Assembly: GCA_030390025.1 (NCBI GenBank)
Contig: JASTWF010000035.1
Span: 1,736,001-1,800,000, forward strand
Direction of reading: 5' to 3'
DNA length: 64,000 nt
Origin: Squalus acanthias
Taxonomy: Eukaryota
The translations under genes and the position numbers were made by a program. Under the pieces are notes generated by a model, which ran no database searches, was not told where the DNA came from, and was given only the letters and a program-made list of their open reading frames with translations. The stretch's first letter is position 1; every line of letters begins with the position of its first letter. Shown piece after piece: positions 1 through 12,837 of this stretch.

Positions 1-515
1 TCCTTACCTAAGGAAGGATATACTTGCCATAGAGGGAGTGCAACGAAGGTTCACCAGACTGGTTCCTGGGAGGAGAGATTGAGTAGACGAGGCCTATATT
101 CTCTAGAGTTTAGAAGAATGAGAGGTGATTTAATTGAAACATATAAAATTCTTACAGAGCTTGACAGGGTAGCTGCAGGGAAGATGTTTCCCCTGGCTGG
201 GGAGTCCAGAACCAGGGGTCACAGTCTCAGAATAAGGGGTCGGCCATTTAGGACTGAGATGAGGAGAAATTCCTTCACTCAGAGGGTGGTGAATCTTTGG
301 AATTCTCTACCCCAGAGGGCTGTGGAGGCTCAGTCGTTGAGTATATTCAAGACTGAGATCGATAGATTTTTGAATATTAAAGGGAAGCAAGGGATATGGG
401 GATAGTTCAGGAAAGTGGAGTTGAGGTAGAAGATCAGCCATGATCTTATTGAATGGCGGAGCAGGCTCAAAGGGCCAAATGGCCGACCCCTGCTCCTATT
501 TCTTATGTTCTTATG
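1..515 (+). mobile_element. CR1 (HER1-like) LINE, 3' end of ORF2 and 3' UTR
   Basis: ORF 79-405 has the CR1 RT C-terminal motifs (LYSLEFRRMRGDLIETYK, FTQRVVNLWNSLP). The 3' stem-loop region ends in a TTCTTATG-type tail at about 515. Confidence 0.93.
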
Positions 516-604
516 GGTATAAACACCGGCATGGACCAGTTAGGACGTGTGGCCTGTTTCTGTGCTGTAGAATCTCTGTAATTCTCCCACTCTCTCTCTG
601 ATAG

Positions 605-713
605 GTGCGACGTCTGCTGAAAGTATTTGTTATAAAATTACAAATTCACAAGGAAATGAATATGGGAACTGCGGCCAGAACAAAAATGACAAATACATAA
701 AGTGCGAGAATAA
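605..713 (+). CDS. Internal coding exon of an ADAM metalloprotease, cysteine-rich domain first half (ADAM12/15/19/33-like)
   Basis: Pyrimidine tract plus AG at 603-604 and GTAAGT donor at 714. Translates (phase 1) as GATSAESICYKITNSQGNEYGNCGQNKNDKYIKCEN(K), matching the ADAM CR-domain pattern C..N..G..YGNCG...Y.KC. It ends with AA, completed by the G of the next exon. Confidence 0.92.
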
Positions 714-999
714 GTAAGTTTGTCAGAAAAATCCAGCTTGTTTAGAACTGCCAGCGCGAATGCAGGAATTTTATACTAAGAGTAATTGAAAAGATTGTGC
801 TGTTTTATATTGTTCTAAATTATGATTTAATAAATCATGTAATGAAGTATCACATGGAGAAATCAGTAACATCCGGTCACAACATCAAAGTATATTGAAC
901 CAACAACATGGAGCCTTCCCTAGTGGCTCATTGATAACGACTCGGAGGGGTTGAATTTCCATGGCTGTTCCCGCCGATCTTACAGATGATCGGGAAAAC

Positions 1000-1111
1000 G
1001 TGTGTGTGTGTGTCTCTCTCTGTCTGTGCATATGTGTGTGTCTGTGCTTGTGTGTGTTTGTGTGTACGTGTGTGTGTATGCGTGTCTCTGTTTGTCTGTA
1101 TTTGTGTCTGT
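1000..1111. repeat. Imperfect (TG)n/(TC)n microsatellite
   Basis: Directly visible TG-rich run. Confidence 0.9.
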
Positions 1112-1447
1112 GGCTCCGATATTTACTGGTGCGGGTTTTGTGAGCGGGGTGGAGGGGTTTTGGCCGCATGCTGCGTATGTTTTAACGACACACTGTGCGT
1201 CTTTTATTTCCAAGCAGGTTCATGCCCGGAAGCCAGCCTGATTGACAGGCTTGGCTTCCTGTTGGCTGTCGGGTGGGGAACACTCTGGAGGAGGTCGCAG
1301 GCCCGGAGCAGATAGGGAGGCTGTGGCTGGGTTAGTGGGGGGGGGGGGGGGGGAGGGGGGGTCTGGATCTTGTGGGGAGTGGTCACCGATCCGGGGTGGG
1401 GGATGGGTGGGTGCTGATCGTTGGGGGGGCCCAATCTCTGATCCGGG

Positions 1448-4155
1448 AGCAATCTTCCAAAATTCCCTGGATTCTGGAGAGGTCCCAGCGGATTGGAAAA
1501 CCGCAAATGTAACCCTGCTATTCAAGAAGGGAGGGATACAGAAAGCAGGAAACTATAGACCAGTTAGCCTAACATCTGTCATTGGGAAAATGCCGGAATC
1601 CATTATTAAGGAAGTAATAGCAGGACATTTAGAAAATCATAATACAATCAAGCAGAGTCAACATGGTTTTATGAAAGGGAAATCGTGTTTGACAAATTTA
1701 TTAGAGTTCTTTGAGGATATAACAAACAGGGTGATAAAGGGGAACCAGTAGATGTAGTGTATTTGGATTTCCAAAAGGCATTCGATAAGGTGCCACATAA
1801 AAGGTTACTGCACAAGATAAGAGCTCACAGAGTTGGGGGTAATATATTAGCATGGATAGAGGATTGGCTAACTAACAGAAAGCAGAGAGTCGGGATAAAT
1901 GGGTCATTTTCAGGTTGGCAAACTGTAACTAGTGGGGTGCCACAGGGATCAGTGCTGGGGCCCCAACTATTTACAATCTATATTAATGACTTGGATGAAG
2001 GGACCGAGTGTACTGTAGCCAAATTTGCTGATGACACAAAGATAGGTGGGAAAGCAAGTTGTGAGGAGGACACAAAGGCCGCGAATTCGCTGGCGCTCAG
2101 AGTGTGGGTTCGGGGGCGGGTCCGCTATCAAAATTGAACTGATTAACAGCGGGTTGGAAAGTCGCTCCGAACACACCTCCATGTAAGTTTCCAAAGTGTC
2201 GGGTCTGCGATTTCAGAACAGACCCGACACCAAGCGGCGGGGGAGGCATTTAAGATAGTTAAATTCTTGTTAAATGCTTGTTAATTGCTATTTTGCCAGC
2301 CCATTTCTATTTTACCACTTTTTTAACGGGGTTCACGTCGTTCGGAGATCATGTCAGGTAAATAGGTTGGGTTCTCTATGTCTCCCCATTGCTGTGAATA
2401 GGTGACAGCTGCAAAAGTGGTATGAAAGCTACCATTTCACAGCTGTTTACTTTCCAATGTCAGAAGTTTGAGCCTTCAGGACTTGGAAGATACTTTTAAG
2501 CTGTATACAGTTTGGAAGTGTTTGGCGCAAACTCTCTATCTACTGTCACCTCCTTGGAGCAAGCTCTCTCACCATTGACAGATCGCTTCTGTCATCTCAA
2601 CTTCAGCTGCCATCTATTCCAGCCCTTGTAAAAATCTCGCGTTGGTCCTCTGAATCCCTCCACGATCAGCCTCAACACTAACATCACCAGGCACACCAAC
2701 ATCACCAACAACAAAAGCAACCTCCACAATCACCTGATGCTGCACAGGACACAGGGCATCAACACCCGACAACATTGCTTCCCTGGAGGCCAGCAATGGC
2801 ATCACCATGGCCAGATTTACTTCACTTGACGCTGTACAGCCTGGCTGCCACATGATGCGCCAGGTTGACACCACCCCACACCAGCACCATAAAGTATCCC
2901 TGCAATGTCCAAGCCATTCCTTTCACACTCATCACAATTGGTGGGGAGGGGAATGTTATGTCTCAACATTCACTGGAGCTTATTAAGACACTTCCAAAGG
3001 TGGGCACAGATCTGTCCAATAAGGTAAGGTGTTGAAAATATAGATTTCAATTTTTGACAACACATTAACAGAAACTTCACATGAACATTGGCTAAACCAC
3101 CCAGGTGTCTACCCTTGTGTGTTGTTAGTTCATAAGCTTGCAGTAGGTTAAGGGTGAGTGTGAGGGGTGGCTAGTGAGATGGGGAAGTGATAATGTAGAT
3201 AGAGAGGGATGGGTGGAGGTGCAAGGTAAGTTGGTGTGAGTAAGGATGTGCAGGAGTAGGGTAGGGAAGGCAGAGTGATGGGGATGTGATGAGTGGCACA
3301 GCAGGATGAGGTTGAGTGCGGCTCGGCAGTAACGTTTCGTGATCTGCTCAGATCATTGAAAGGCTTGTGCCACAGCAGTCTGGACCTCCTGACCACATCG
3401 CTGCTTGTGTCCTCCTGTGCAATGTGCAACGAGGCTGCGTTGATCTCCTGGGAGGTCTCTTGCGCCCATGGGAAGGGAACAGAACCTCCCTGCATGCTGT
3501 GACTCCCTCCATAAGCATATGGAGGGAGTCATGGGAGAGCCTGGGTGCAGCTGTGCATCGCAGGTCAGTGTTTGTCAGTGTTTGCAGCACTTCAATGCTG
3601 TAGAAGACTGACCCCAGAACTGTCAAGATCAATTTGGACATGGCCCCGTTAAGGAAACCGGCTGATGACGCGTCATCAAATGAGTTAATCAGACCTGCTT
3701 CCTATTAATTGGCCGGGAACCTCGCAGTGCCGGCTTAACAAGCCCCATCAACGGAAAATCGCTTGGAGAGTGCGGGCTGCAGTAGGCAGCGGGCTGGGAC
3801 CGCGACACCAAACCCGGCTGCCCAGGACCCGCCTCGGTCGGCGAAATCACGGCCAAAGAGTCTGCAAAGGGATATAGATAGGTTAAGTGAGTGGCAAAAA
3901 TTTTGGCAGATGGATTATAATGTGGGAAAATGTGAGATTATCCACTTTGGTAGGAAGAATAGAAAAGCAAAATATTATTTAAATGGAGAGAGACTACAGA
4001 ATGCTGCGGTACAGAGGGATCTGGGGGTCCTCGTACATGAAACACAAAAAGTTAGCATGCGGGTACAGCAAGTAATTAGGAAGGCAAATGGAATGTTGGC
4101 CTTTAGTGCAAGGGGGTTGGAGTATAAAAGTAGAGAAGTCTTGCTACAACTGTAC
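1448..4155 (+). mobile_element. CR1 LINE ORF2 (RT) fragment, split by a Harbinger insertion at 2077-3854
   Basis: [36 protein letters not shown] and KFADDTK motifs. The frame EEDTK|SLQRDIDRL rejoins across the insertion. Confidence 0.93.
2077..3854 (-). mobile_element. Non-autonomous PIF/Harbinger DNA transposon (internal deletion derivative)
   Basis: TIRs GGCCGCGAATTCGC / GCGAAATCACGGCC (14 bp, 2 mismatches). 3-bp TSD AAA at 2074-2076 and 3855-3857. Decayed Myb/SANT exon on the - strand (AAPRLSHDSLHMLMEGV...KPFNDLSRS). Confidence 0.88.
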
Positions 4156-4530
4156 ATTTCTCTCACATGGCAGCTGTCTTTCATTCTGCCAGTGCCATTT
4201 ACACCTCATCTAGAGTCATCTTTTGTTTCTTAACTTGTCCCATTACCATCTCCTTTTGCCTTGCATCATCATGCCTTTTGTCTTTTAATCTCTCCTGCCT
4301 TCCATCCTATCACAGACCTTCCATTTTGTTCTTTCCTCCCCTCCTCCCTTAACCTGCCCCACACTTCCTTAAAAATCTGTTACATCTCTAACTTTTTCCA
4401 GTTCTGACGAAGGGTCATTGACCTGAAACGTTAACTCTGTTCCTCTCTCCATGATGCTGCCTGACCTGCTGAGTGTTTCCAGCATTTTCTGTTGTTATTT
4501 CAGATTTCCAGCATCCACAGTATTTTGCTA
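4156..4530 (+). mobile_element. Penelope-like retroelement terminal fragment
   Basis: Pyrimidine-rich terminal sequence carrying a minimal hammerhead motif (4400-4436). Family assignment rests on the known association of minimal hammerheads with Penelope-like elements. Confidence 0.65.
4400..4436 (+). ncRNA. Minimal type I hammerhead ribozyme motif
   Basis: AGTT-CTGACGA-AGGGTCA.TTGACCT-GAAA-CG-TT-AACT: stem I AGTT/AACT, CUGAnGA core, stem II, GAAA, palindromic stem III AACGTT. Confidence 0.72.
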
Positions 4531-5668
4531 TTGTGTTGAAGCAGGTAAGCTTGGTGGGCTGCGAGGAAGCACTCCGGCTCCTCCTGGCCCACAAGCAGTG
4601 CTGTAAAGGCACTTACCTTTTCCACAATCTGTCCTCGCCTCCCTTGAGCTGCCTGGTTAAACCTGGAAGATAGGTTAAATATGTGGCACACAGCCTCATT
4701 GTAATATTTAAATGGCCAACCCGCCTCCTGGGAGCGGATTGGTTGCTCACCCTCCGTTCCTCCTCCGTTAAAACTTGAAATGGGCAGGTTGGAGGTAGAT
4801 TGGAGTCGGGTTTGAGACTTTAAAAATTTTAACATCTCACCCGACCCAAGCCCCCGTTTTTTGGGGTTAAAATGATCCTCTGTGTGTCTGTGTGTGTGGG
4901 AGAGATCACCTGGACTGTTTAAATAACCAAAGCCTAAAACAAATCACAAATGACCCAAGTCACGTGACCCGATCTGTATATTTAAAGCAGGACTCCGTTG
5001 CCTTCCTGCGGGTGTCCTTCTCAAAAGAGCAGGTTTCCACCAGGCGGGGGAATTAAAATCGGGGCCATAGGTCTCAGTAGATGAACAAAGTCCAGGATTC
5101 ATCTAGTTCACCTTCTACCATCCTGGTAGTCATATCTTACGATAATGGGTTTGTTGACTAAACGCGGCAATTAATCTCTTTCAATTAGTCTACAACAGAC
5201 CCAGACACGAGGCGCGGGCAATCCCAGTGGTGGAAAGCTTTGTGAACCATTTCGGGCCCTTCCTGGATTTTTGGCAGGAATGCTCCAGAGGTCCCGCAGC
5301 ATTTTAAACCATTAGCGTTATCTGCTTCAAACATCCATCAGTTTTATACTGAAGGAGACAGATGGACAAAATCATAGGCACAGGTGTATTTACAGGGGCC
5401 ACAAACAGATCCAACAAGGGTCTACAAATCCTGCAGGGAGAAAGGTTGAGGAGACCACAGGGAAGAAGGAGTAAATTGTAAAACAAAAAGGTCACAGGAG
5501 CAAAGCGGGACAAGAGATGAGCATAACTGTAAGTCAAACATAACATCTAGAAATTCTTCCAGTACGATAACAGAAAGACAACTAACAAAGGAGAATTAAT
5601 GATGTAATATAAAGTGAAATAAAAATAGCCACACTTGTAGGAAATGTTCTATAGTCGAACACCATGAA

Positions 5669-5992
5669 TAGAATTATAGAATTATACAGCACAGAAGGAG
5701 GTCATTTGGCCCATCAGGTCTGTGCCAGCTCTTTGAAGAGCAATGCAATTAGTCCCACTCCCCCATTATTCCCCATAGCCCATCAAAATTCTCCTTTTCG
5801 AGGAAATATCCATTTCCCTTTTGAAAGTTACAATTGAATCTGCTTCCACCACTCTTTCAGGCAGTATATTCCAGATCATAACAACTCGTTATGTAAAAAA
5901 AAATCTCATCACCCCTCTGGCTTTTTGCCAATTATCTTAAATCTGTGTCCTCTGGTTAACAACCCTCCTGCCACTGGAAACAATTTCACCCT
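5669..5992 (-). mobile_element. CR1 LINE 3' fragment
   Basis: Reverse complement of the CR1 tail (TAGAATTATAGAATTATACAGCACAGAAGGAGG..) and of the ORF2 C-terminal region. Confidence 0.8.
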
Positions 5993-5994
5993 AA

Positions 5995-8968
5995 AAAAGG
6001 ATTCAAAAAAGGGGAGAGAGATAAACCAGGTAACTACAGGCCAGTCAGCCTAATGCCAGTGGTAGGGAAACTTTTAGAGACCATAATCCGGGACAAAATT
6101 AGTTGTCACTTGGAAAAACATGTGTTAAGTTAGCATAGATTTAATAAAAGCAAATCGTGTATGACTAACTTGATTGAGTTCTTTGATGAAGTAATGGAGA
6201 GAGTTGATGAAGGTTGATGCTGTGTATATGGACTTTCAAAAGGCATTTGATAAAGTACCACATAATAGACTTGTTAGCAAAATTGAAGCCCATGGGATTA
6301 AAGGGACAGTAGCAGCGTGGATCCAAAATTGGCAAAGGGACAGAAAGCAGAGAGTAGTGGTGACCAGTTGTTTTTCAGACTGGAGGGAAGTATACAGTGG
6401 TGTTCCCCAAGGGTCGGTATCAGGGTCACTGCTCTTTTTGATATATATTAATGACCTGGACTTGGGTATACAGGGCATCATTTTAAAGTTTGCAGATGAC
6501 ACAAAACTTGGAGAATAGTAATCATTGAGGAGGTTAGTAGCAGACTTCAGGAGGACATAGACAGACTAATGAAATGGGCAGGCACATGGCAGATGAATTT
6601 TAACGCTGTGAAGTGATGCATTTTGGAAAGAAGAATGAGGAGAGGCAATATTAACTAAATGGTACAATATTAAAGAGAGACCCTGAGGTTTGCGTACAGA
6701 AATCTTTGAAGGTGGCAGGAGAAGTTGATAAAGCTGTTAAAAAAGCATATGTGATCTTTGGCTCTATAAATAGAGGCACAGGCCGTGAATTTAATGGAGG
6801 AGGCAGGATGGGGGCAGGACAGTTGGTTTCCGGGTTCCGGTCCCGCTCCCAGCTGCATCCGTTCTGCAGACGAGATTTCCCCTTGATTGGCCTTGTTAAG
6901 CCCGGCCAATTAACAGGAAGCAGGTCTGATGACGTCATTTGATGACACGTCATCAGCCGGTTTCCTTAAAGGGACCACGTCCACATAGAGTTTTGACAGT
7001 TGTTCTGTCAGTGTTTGACAGCATTGAGGTGCTGCAAACACTGACAAGCACTGCACAAAGGTGAACGTTTGCACCCAGGCTCTCCAATGACTCCCTCCAT
7101 ATGCTTATGGAGTGAGTCACAGCACGCAGGGAGGCTCTCTTCCCTTCCATGGGTGGAAGAGACCTCCCCAGGACACCAACTTACCTTGCACCTCCACCCA
7201 ACCCTCTCTATCTACTTTATCACTTCCTCATCTCATGAACCACCCCATCTCGCTAGCCACCCCTCACCCTCATCCTACTGCAAGCATACCAACTAACAAC
7301 ACACAAAGGTAGACACTTGAGAGGTTTAGCCAATGTCCATGTGAAGTTTCTGGTAATGTGTTGTCATACAGTGAAATTTCTTTTTTTAAAAGTGCCCCTT
7401 ATTGGACAGATCTGAGCGCACCTTGAGAAGTGTCTTACTGAGTTCCAGTGATTGTTCAGTCATAACTCCCCCCCACCCCGCCTCCCACTATAGTGATGAG
7501 TGTGCATGGAATGGCTTGGACATTAAAAGGATGCTTCATGGTGCTGGTGTGGGATGGTGTCAACCTGGCGCATCATGTGGTAGCCAGGCTTTACAGCGTC
7601 AAGTGAAGAAAATCCGGCCATGGTGATGCCAATCGCTGGCCTCCCGGGCAGCAATGTTGTCAGGGGCTGATGCCCTGTGTCCAGTGCAGCATCAGGTGAT
7701 GGCAGAGAAGGTTGGTGATGTTGTTGGTGATGTTGGTGTACCTGGTGATGTTGGTATTGGGGCTGATCGTGGAAGGATTCGGCGGACCAAGGTCTGATTG
7801 TTTCATTGGCTCCGATGTTGCTGGAATAGATCGCAGCTGCAGGTGAGATGACAAGCAATCTTTCAATGGTGAGAGAGGTTCTCCCAATGAGGTGGCACTG
7901 GACATACAGTTAGATCTAAAACCTTGTAAGCTAAAGAAACTTTATATGTATTAAAAATGCAGTAACCAACAGTTTCTGCGCTGTGAAACTGACCATCTGC
8001 AACATGGCATCCTTTACACCACTTCTGCAGCTGTCAGCTTATCACAAACATCAGAGCAGACTCAAAACATGCCAGGTTGAGCTGGCGTGTTCCCCGAGCA
8101 GCGGGTAACCCATGGGGGAGAAGGTAAAATTAGAAGTAAGCCTCAAAATAGTCTTAAATTGACTCTGAACAAGCCATTTAAGTAGCTGAATTGTCTCCCC
8201 TGCCACTGCGCTGACAGACCCAACACCTGGGAGACTCGCGTGGAGACGGGTTGACAGCGGGTTTCCTACCCGCTGTCAATCTTTGCTATTTTGACAGCGG
8301 ACCCGCCTCCAAACCTGCTCCCTCAGCGCTATTAAATTCGCGGCCATCGAGTACTAAAGCAAGGAAGTATTGCTAAACCTTTGTAAATTACTAGTTAGGC
8401 CTCAGATGGAGTATTGTGTCCAGTCCTGGGCACCACACTTTAGGAACGATGCCAAGGCCTTAGAGAGGGTGAAGCGGAGATTTACCAGAATGGTAACACG
8501 GATGCGGGACTTCAGTTACGTGGAGAGACTGGAGAAGCTGGGATTGTTCTCCTTACAGCAAAGATGGTTAACGGGAGATTTAATAGAGGTGTTCAATATC
8601 ATGAAAGGTTTTGATAGAGTAAATGAGAGACTGTTTCCAGTGGCGGAAGAGTTGGTAACCAGAGGACACAGAGGACACAGATTTAAGATAATTGGCAAAG
8701 GAGCAAGAGGTGAGATGAGGAGATAGTTTTTTACGCAGCGAGTTGTTGTGATCTGGAATTCAAAAGGGAATTGGATAAATACTTGAAAAGGATAAAATTG
8801 CAGGGCTATGGAAAAGGGCGGGGGAGTGAATCATACAATGATACAGCATAGAGGAGGCCATTCGGCCGATTGTGTCTGTGCCGGGTGGGACTAATTTTAT
8901 AGCTCTTTCAAAGAGCCAGCACAGGCAGGATGGATCGAATTACTGCCTTTTGTGTTGTAAGGTTCTAT
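5995..8968 (+). mobile_element. Decayed CR1 LINE (RT to 3' tail), split by a Harbinger at 6781-8345 and a short antisense CR1 tail at about 8829-8884
   Basis: [19 protein letters not shown] and KFADDTKLG motifs. ORF 8370-8726 continues the RT C-terminus. Multiple stops are present. Confidence 0.88.
6781..8345 (+). mobile_element. Non-autonomous PIF/Harbinger DNA transposon, same family as 2077-3854 in opposite orientation
   Basis: TIRs GGCCGTGAATTTAAT / ATTAAATTCGCGGCC (15 bp, 1 mismatch). Flanks ACA/ATC are consistent with a decayed ATA TSD in the host CR1. Myb N-terminal remnant on + and Q/H-rich transposase N-terminal remnant on -. The segment 6900-6977 is the reverse complement of 3640-3718. 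Confidence 0.87.
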
Positions 8969-9027
8969 GGCCCCGATATTAACACGGACGGGAACGGAGG
9001 CGGGGCTGGGTGACAAACGCGCAACAT

Positions 9028-9610
9028 GATGAACCTTGAAAAACACTGGTTCAGCCTCAACTGGAGTATTGTGTCCAATTCTGGGCACTGCACTTTAGGA
9101 AGGATGTGAAGGCCTTAGAGAGAGTGCAGAAAAGATTTACGAGAATGGTTCCAGGGATGAGGGACTTCAGTTATGTGGATAGACTGGAGAAGCTGGGGTT
9201 GTTCTCCTTAGAGCAGAGAAGATTGAGAGGAGATTTGATAGAGGTGTTCAAAATCATGAGGAGTCTGGACAGAGTAGATAGAGAGAAACTGTTCCCATTG
9301 GTGGAAGGGCCGAGAACCAGAGGACACAGATTTAAGGTGATTGGCAGAAGAACCAAAGGCGACATGACGAAAAACTTTTTTACGCAGCGAGTGGTTTGGA
9401 TCTGGAATGCACCGCCTGAAAGGGTGATGGTGGCAGATTTAATTGTGGCTTTCAAAAGGGAATTGGATAAGTATCTGAAGGAACAAAAATATCCAGGGTT
9501 ACGGAGAAAGGGCGGGGGAGTGGGACCAGCTGAAATGCTCTTGCAGAGAGCCGGCACATGCCTAACGGGCAGAATGGCCTTCTTGTGTGCTGTAACCATT
9601 CTATGATTCT
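9028..9610 (+). mobile_element. 5'-truncated CR1 LINE with TSD
   Basis: ORF 9106-9606 RT C-terminus and (ATTCTATG) tail. AACAT is duplicated at 9023-9027 and 9611-9615. Confidence 0.92.
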
Positions 9611-9726
9611 AACATCGTGGTATGCATTGGAATGGGCGATTTCAATATGGATGCTTCATTATGATTTTACTTCTGAGTTTCACGTCTCCAATGCGCATAA
9701 CACGGATCCACGTGACGTGATGTAAA

Positions 9727-9877
9727 GACCAGGAAGGGAAATGGGAAAAAGAAACCTGCTGCCACCATAAAGAAGGCATGGCTGGAGGTGACCCAAGAAA
9801 TGAGCAGCAGGAGCGTGACCATCAGGAATTGGATCCATTGTTGGAAATGTTTCAATGACCTAACCAGATCAGGAAAG
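9727..9877 (+). pseudogene. Harbinger-type Myb/SANT-like gene, exon 1 remnant
   Basis: KKAWLEVTQEMSSRSVTIRNWIHCWKCFNDLTRSGK followed by a GTGAGC donor at 9878. Homologous to the 21944-22176 exon. Confidence 0.8.
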
Positions 9878-10960
9878 GTGAGCAAAGTCACAGATTTATC
9901 AACATCCTGTAGTTCACCCCCTCTCACTCTGTCTTGTCAAGTGTACTTCATTCACATCACTCCTCACATCCACTTCACTTACAGCATCACCCATTGTTCC
10001 GTTTCAGTGCACATCCACACCTCCCCCTTCATCCTCCACTGCCACTCACCCTAAACCTCATGCAATCTGATAACACCTCAGTCAGCTCCCCCAATTCTCA
10101 GCACACGTCCTCAAATAGCACTGTCAACACATTGCTCAAATACATGCCAGTGCCATGCGTGATGTACCTGCCTGATTATCACCCTCACCAAATGCATTGC
10201 ATCCATTGGATGTACACATAGAATCATAGAAACTTACAGCACAGAAGGAGGCCATTCGGTCGTCGTGCCTGTGCTGGCTCTTTGAAAGAGCAGTCGTGCT
10301 TAGTCCCATTCCATGGCTTTGTGTCCGTAACCCTGTACGTTCCTCATCCTCAAGTACCTGTCCAACTCACTTTTAAAATTATTGATGGAATCAGCTTCCA
10401 CCACCTTTTCAGGTAGAGCGTTCCAGATGCTGACAACTCTCTGAGTGAAAATTTTTTCCTGGTCTCGCCTCTAGAACGTTTGCCAGTGATTTTGAATCTA
10501 TGACCTCTGGTTATTGAGCCACTCGCCAGGGGGAGTAGTTTTTCTCTATCTACTCCATCAAAACCTCTCAACATCTTGTAAAACCTTTATTAGGTCACCT
10601 CTTAACCTTCACCGTTCCAAGGAGAAGAGTCCTAACTTTTCCAGCCTCTCCTCATAACTGAAGTCCCTCATCCCTGGTAACATCCTGGTAAACCTCCTCT
10701 GCACCCTTTCTTAGGCCTTTACATCTTTCCTGAAGTGTGGGGCCCAGAATTGTCCACAATACTCCAGCTGAGGCCTAACCAGTGATTTAGAAAGTTCTAG
10801 CATGATCTCTTTGCTTTTATATTCTATGCCGATATTTATAAACCCAACGAACACATATGCTTTTTTAACCACCTTATCAAATTACCCCACCACCTTTAAG
10901 GATTTGTGTATATGGACACCAAGGTCTCTCTGCTCATCTACACTTTCCAAAATCTTGCCA

Positions 10961-12726
10961 AAAGAGGCACTTTCTCTTCCTTTGAGCATCTCACCTTAAT
11001 CCACGCCTCTCACTTCTCAATTAAAATCCTGATTCTCTACCGCCCACCCAAGTACCATAAAAATTTTCTCACTGAGGTACCTTCACTGCTTTCCTCCATC
11101 AGCCACTGCACCGAACGACTTCTCATCCTCGGTGATTTCAACCTCCATCTCAATTCATCATGCTCTCTCTCCTCTGAGTTCACTGCCCTCCCATCCTCCC
11201 TTAATCATCATAGAATCATAGAAATTTACAGCACAGAAGGAGGTCATTCGGCTCATCTTGTCCGTGCCGGCCGAAAAAGAGCTATCCAGCCTAATCCCAC
11301 TTTCCAGCTCTTGGTCCGTAGCCTTGTAGGTTACAGCATTTCAAGTGCATATCCAAGTACTTTTTAAATGTGATGAGGGTTTCTGCCTTCACCACCCTTT
11401 CAGGCAGTGAGTTCCAGACCCCCACCACCCTCTGGGTGAAAAAGGTTCTCCTCAACTCCCCTCTAATCCTTCTGTATCTCTCCCTCTATATAAACTCCCC
11501 AACCCATATTCACGGCCACCCCCTTGACCTTGCCATCTCACATAGCCTCGCTAGTCCCATCGTATCAACCGCAGATAAGGCCATCTCTGATTACTTCCTT
11601 GTATCGCTCTCCACTCATATCCCCCTTCCCCCTCCCAACCCTACTTGCTTCTGTGTCCGCCCCTGTAAAAACCTCTCTCCCAATTCACTTACAACTGCAC
11701 TTTCATAATCCCTTCCTATTTCTTATCTACATGCTGCCCCTCGGCGACATCATCGAAAAACACAGCACCAGTTTCCACATATACGCTGACGACACCCGGC
11801 TCTACCTCACCACCACCTCTCTCAACCCCTCCACTCTCTCTAAATTGTCAGACTGCTTGCCCGACATCCAGTACTGGATGAGCAGATATTTCATCCAATT
11901 AAATATTGGGAAGGCTGAAGCCATTGTCTTTGGTCTCCGCCACAAACTCCGTTCCCTAGCCATCGACTCCATCCCTCTCCCCAGTAACTGTCTGAGGCTG
12001 AAACAGACTGTTTGCAACCTTGGTGTCATATTTGACCCCGAAATGAACTTCCGACTACATATCGGCACCATCACTAAGACCACCTATTTCCACCTCCAGA
12101 ACATTGCCCGACTCCACCCCTGCCTCAGCTCATCTGTTGCTGAAACCCTCATCCATGCCTTTGTTACCTCTAGACTTGACTATTCCAATGCACTCCTGGC
12201 TGGTCTCCCATGTTCAACCCTCCATAATCTTGAGGTCATCCAAAACTCTGCTGCCCGTGTCCTAACTTGCACCAAGTTCATTCACCCATCACTCCTGTGC
12301 TCGCTGACCTACATTGGTTCCCGGTTAAGCAACGACTCAATTTTAAAATTCTCATTCTTGTTTTCAAATCCCTCCATTGCCTCGCCCCTCCCTATCTCTG
12401 TAATCTCCTCCAGCTGCACAACCCTCTGAGATATCTGCTCTCCTCAAATTCTGGCCTTTTGAACATCCTGATTTTAAAGGCTCTACCATTGGCGGTCGTG
12501 CCTTCAGCTGCCGAGATCCTAAGCTCTGGAATTCCCTCTCTAAACCTCTCCGCCTCTCCACTTCTCTTTCCTCCTTTAAGTCGCTCCTTAAAACCTACCT
12601 CTTTGGTCATCTGCCCTAATATCTCCTTATGTGGCTCAGTGTCAAATTTTGTTTTATAACGCTCCTGTGAAGCGTCTTGGGATATTTTACTACGTTAAAG
12701 ACGTAATAAAAATACAAGTTGTTGTT
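10961..12726 (+). mobile_element. L2-clade LINE, internally deleted
   Basis: APE remnants (LYRPPK, LILGDFNLH, THIHGHPLDL), RT (FLIYMLPLGDII, YADDT, HAFVTSRLDYSN) and a 3' end with (GTT)n tail. Confidence 0.88.
11207..11474 (-). mobile_element. CR1 3' fragment nested in the L2
   Basis: ATCATAGAATCATAGAA tail (reverse complement). The L2 sequence resumes at ATCTCTCCCTC. Confidence 0.85.
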
Positions 12727-12837
12727 ATGCTGTCTTTCATAGAATCATAGAATCATAGAAGATAGGAGCAGCAGTAGGCCATTCGGCCCCTCGAGCCTGC
12801 TCCGCCATTCAATGCGATCATGGCTGATCATCCAAAT

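Noticed and set aside
885..1315. Cys/Val-rich and His/Thr-rich ORFs
   Set aside because: Translations of the (TG)n microsatellite.
1112..5066. Possible outer Harbinger-like MITE (GGCTCCGATATTTAC at 1112, TTAAAATCGGGGCC at 5066)
   Set aside because: TIR similarity is partial and the flanks (TGT versus ATA) give no TSD. GC-rich pieces at 946-1445 and 4535-5066 are probably DNA-transposon remnants, but boundaries cannot be supported.
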